Shown: positions 63,573 to 64,000 of the stretch, piece by piece
How positions within the stretch are numbered: the stretch's first letter is position 1
How the letters are laid out: each line of letters starts with the position of its first letter
From: Antedon mediterranea
Taxonomy: Eukaryota > Animalia > Echinodermata
Reading direction: 5' to 3'
DNA: 64,000 bases
NCBI RefSeq assembly: GCF_964355755.1
Contig: NC_092671.1
Span: 12,028,001 to 12,092,000, forward strand
Translations under genes and position numbers: made by a program
The notes under the pieces: model-generated
Databases searched by the model: none
Told to the model about the DNA's origin: nothing
Seen by the model: the letters and a program-made list of their open reading frames with translations, nothing else

Positions 63573-64000
63573 CTTGCAGAAATAAATCTAGCACTAATAA
63601 TAAGTAGTCACTAAGTGAAGAAAAACAAAATGTAAAAGTTCAAAATAATGTACACAAAAATTAGTACAAAAATTGTGTTCTTTTGAAAACATTATATTTA
63701 TAATATATATTATATAATATAATATATAATATTTATAATAATAAATATAATGAAGATCTCAACCGATTCTCTGTACTGTGTCTAGATTTGTCCATTATAG
63801 GAATATTTGCGTTTTACATGTTTCTCTTTGCTATCATAACCTTACATGAAACAGGCACCACATGTAATACAAATGAGATAGGCCTACTGTATTACCTAAC
63901 AAATTAAAACATATAACAAAAGACATTGATTGGATACCGGCGGCGGGCAAATAAAAAAAAAACAATTCTTACTAGTTAAACAAGTTGATTGTCAATTATT

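Overview
AT-rich animal genomic window. The 18S/28S sequences look invertebrate deuterostome, probably echinoderm (inference). Bases 1-13.9 kb are a scrambled, decaying rDNA/R2 mosaic: 18S, ITS1, 5.8S, 28S and IGS pieces in both orientations, plus four fragments of an R2-A-clade retrotransposon. Both 28S target junctions and an HDV-like ribozyme fold are preserved. Two putative Pol I promoter copies sit back to back, and two perfect (GTACTAGCC)n arrays join 18S to the middle of the R2 ribozyme. Bases 14-56 kb are nested TEs: Helitron/Helentron-type, Harbinger, MULE, L2/CR1, RTE-X-like and Ty3/Gypsy elements, plus minisatellites. Bases 45-64 kb hold a small family of spliced genes and pseudogenes, absent from the ORF track, encoding ~70-aa secreted 4-Cys (FOLN/EGF-like) peptides; one copy appears intact. 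All calls were made by eye, with no database searches.
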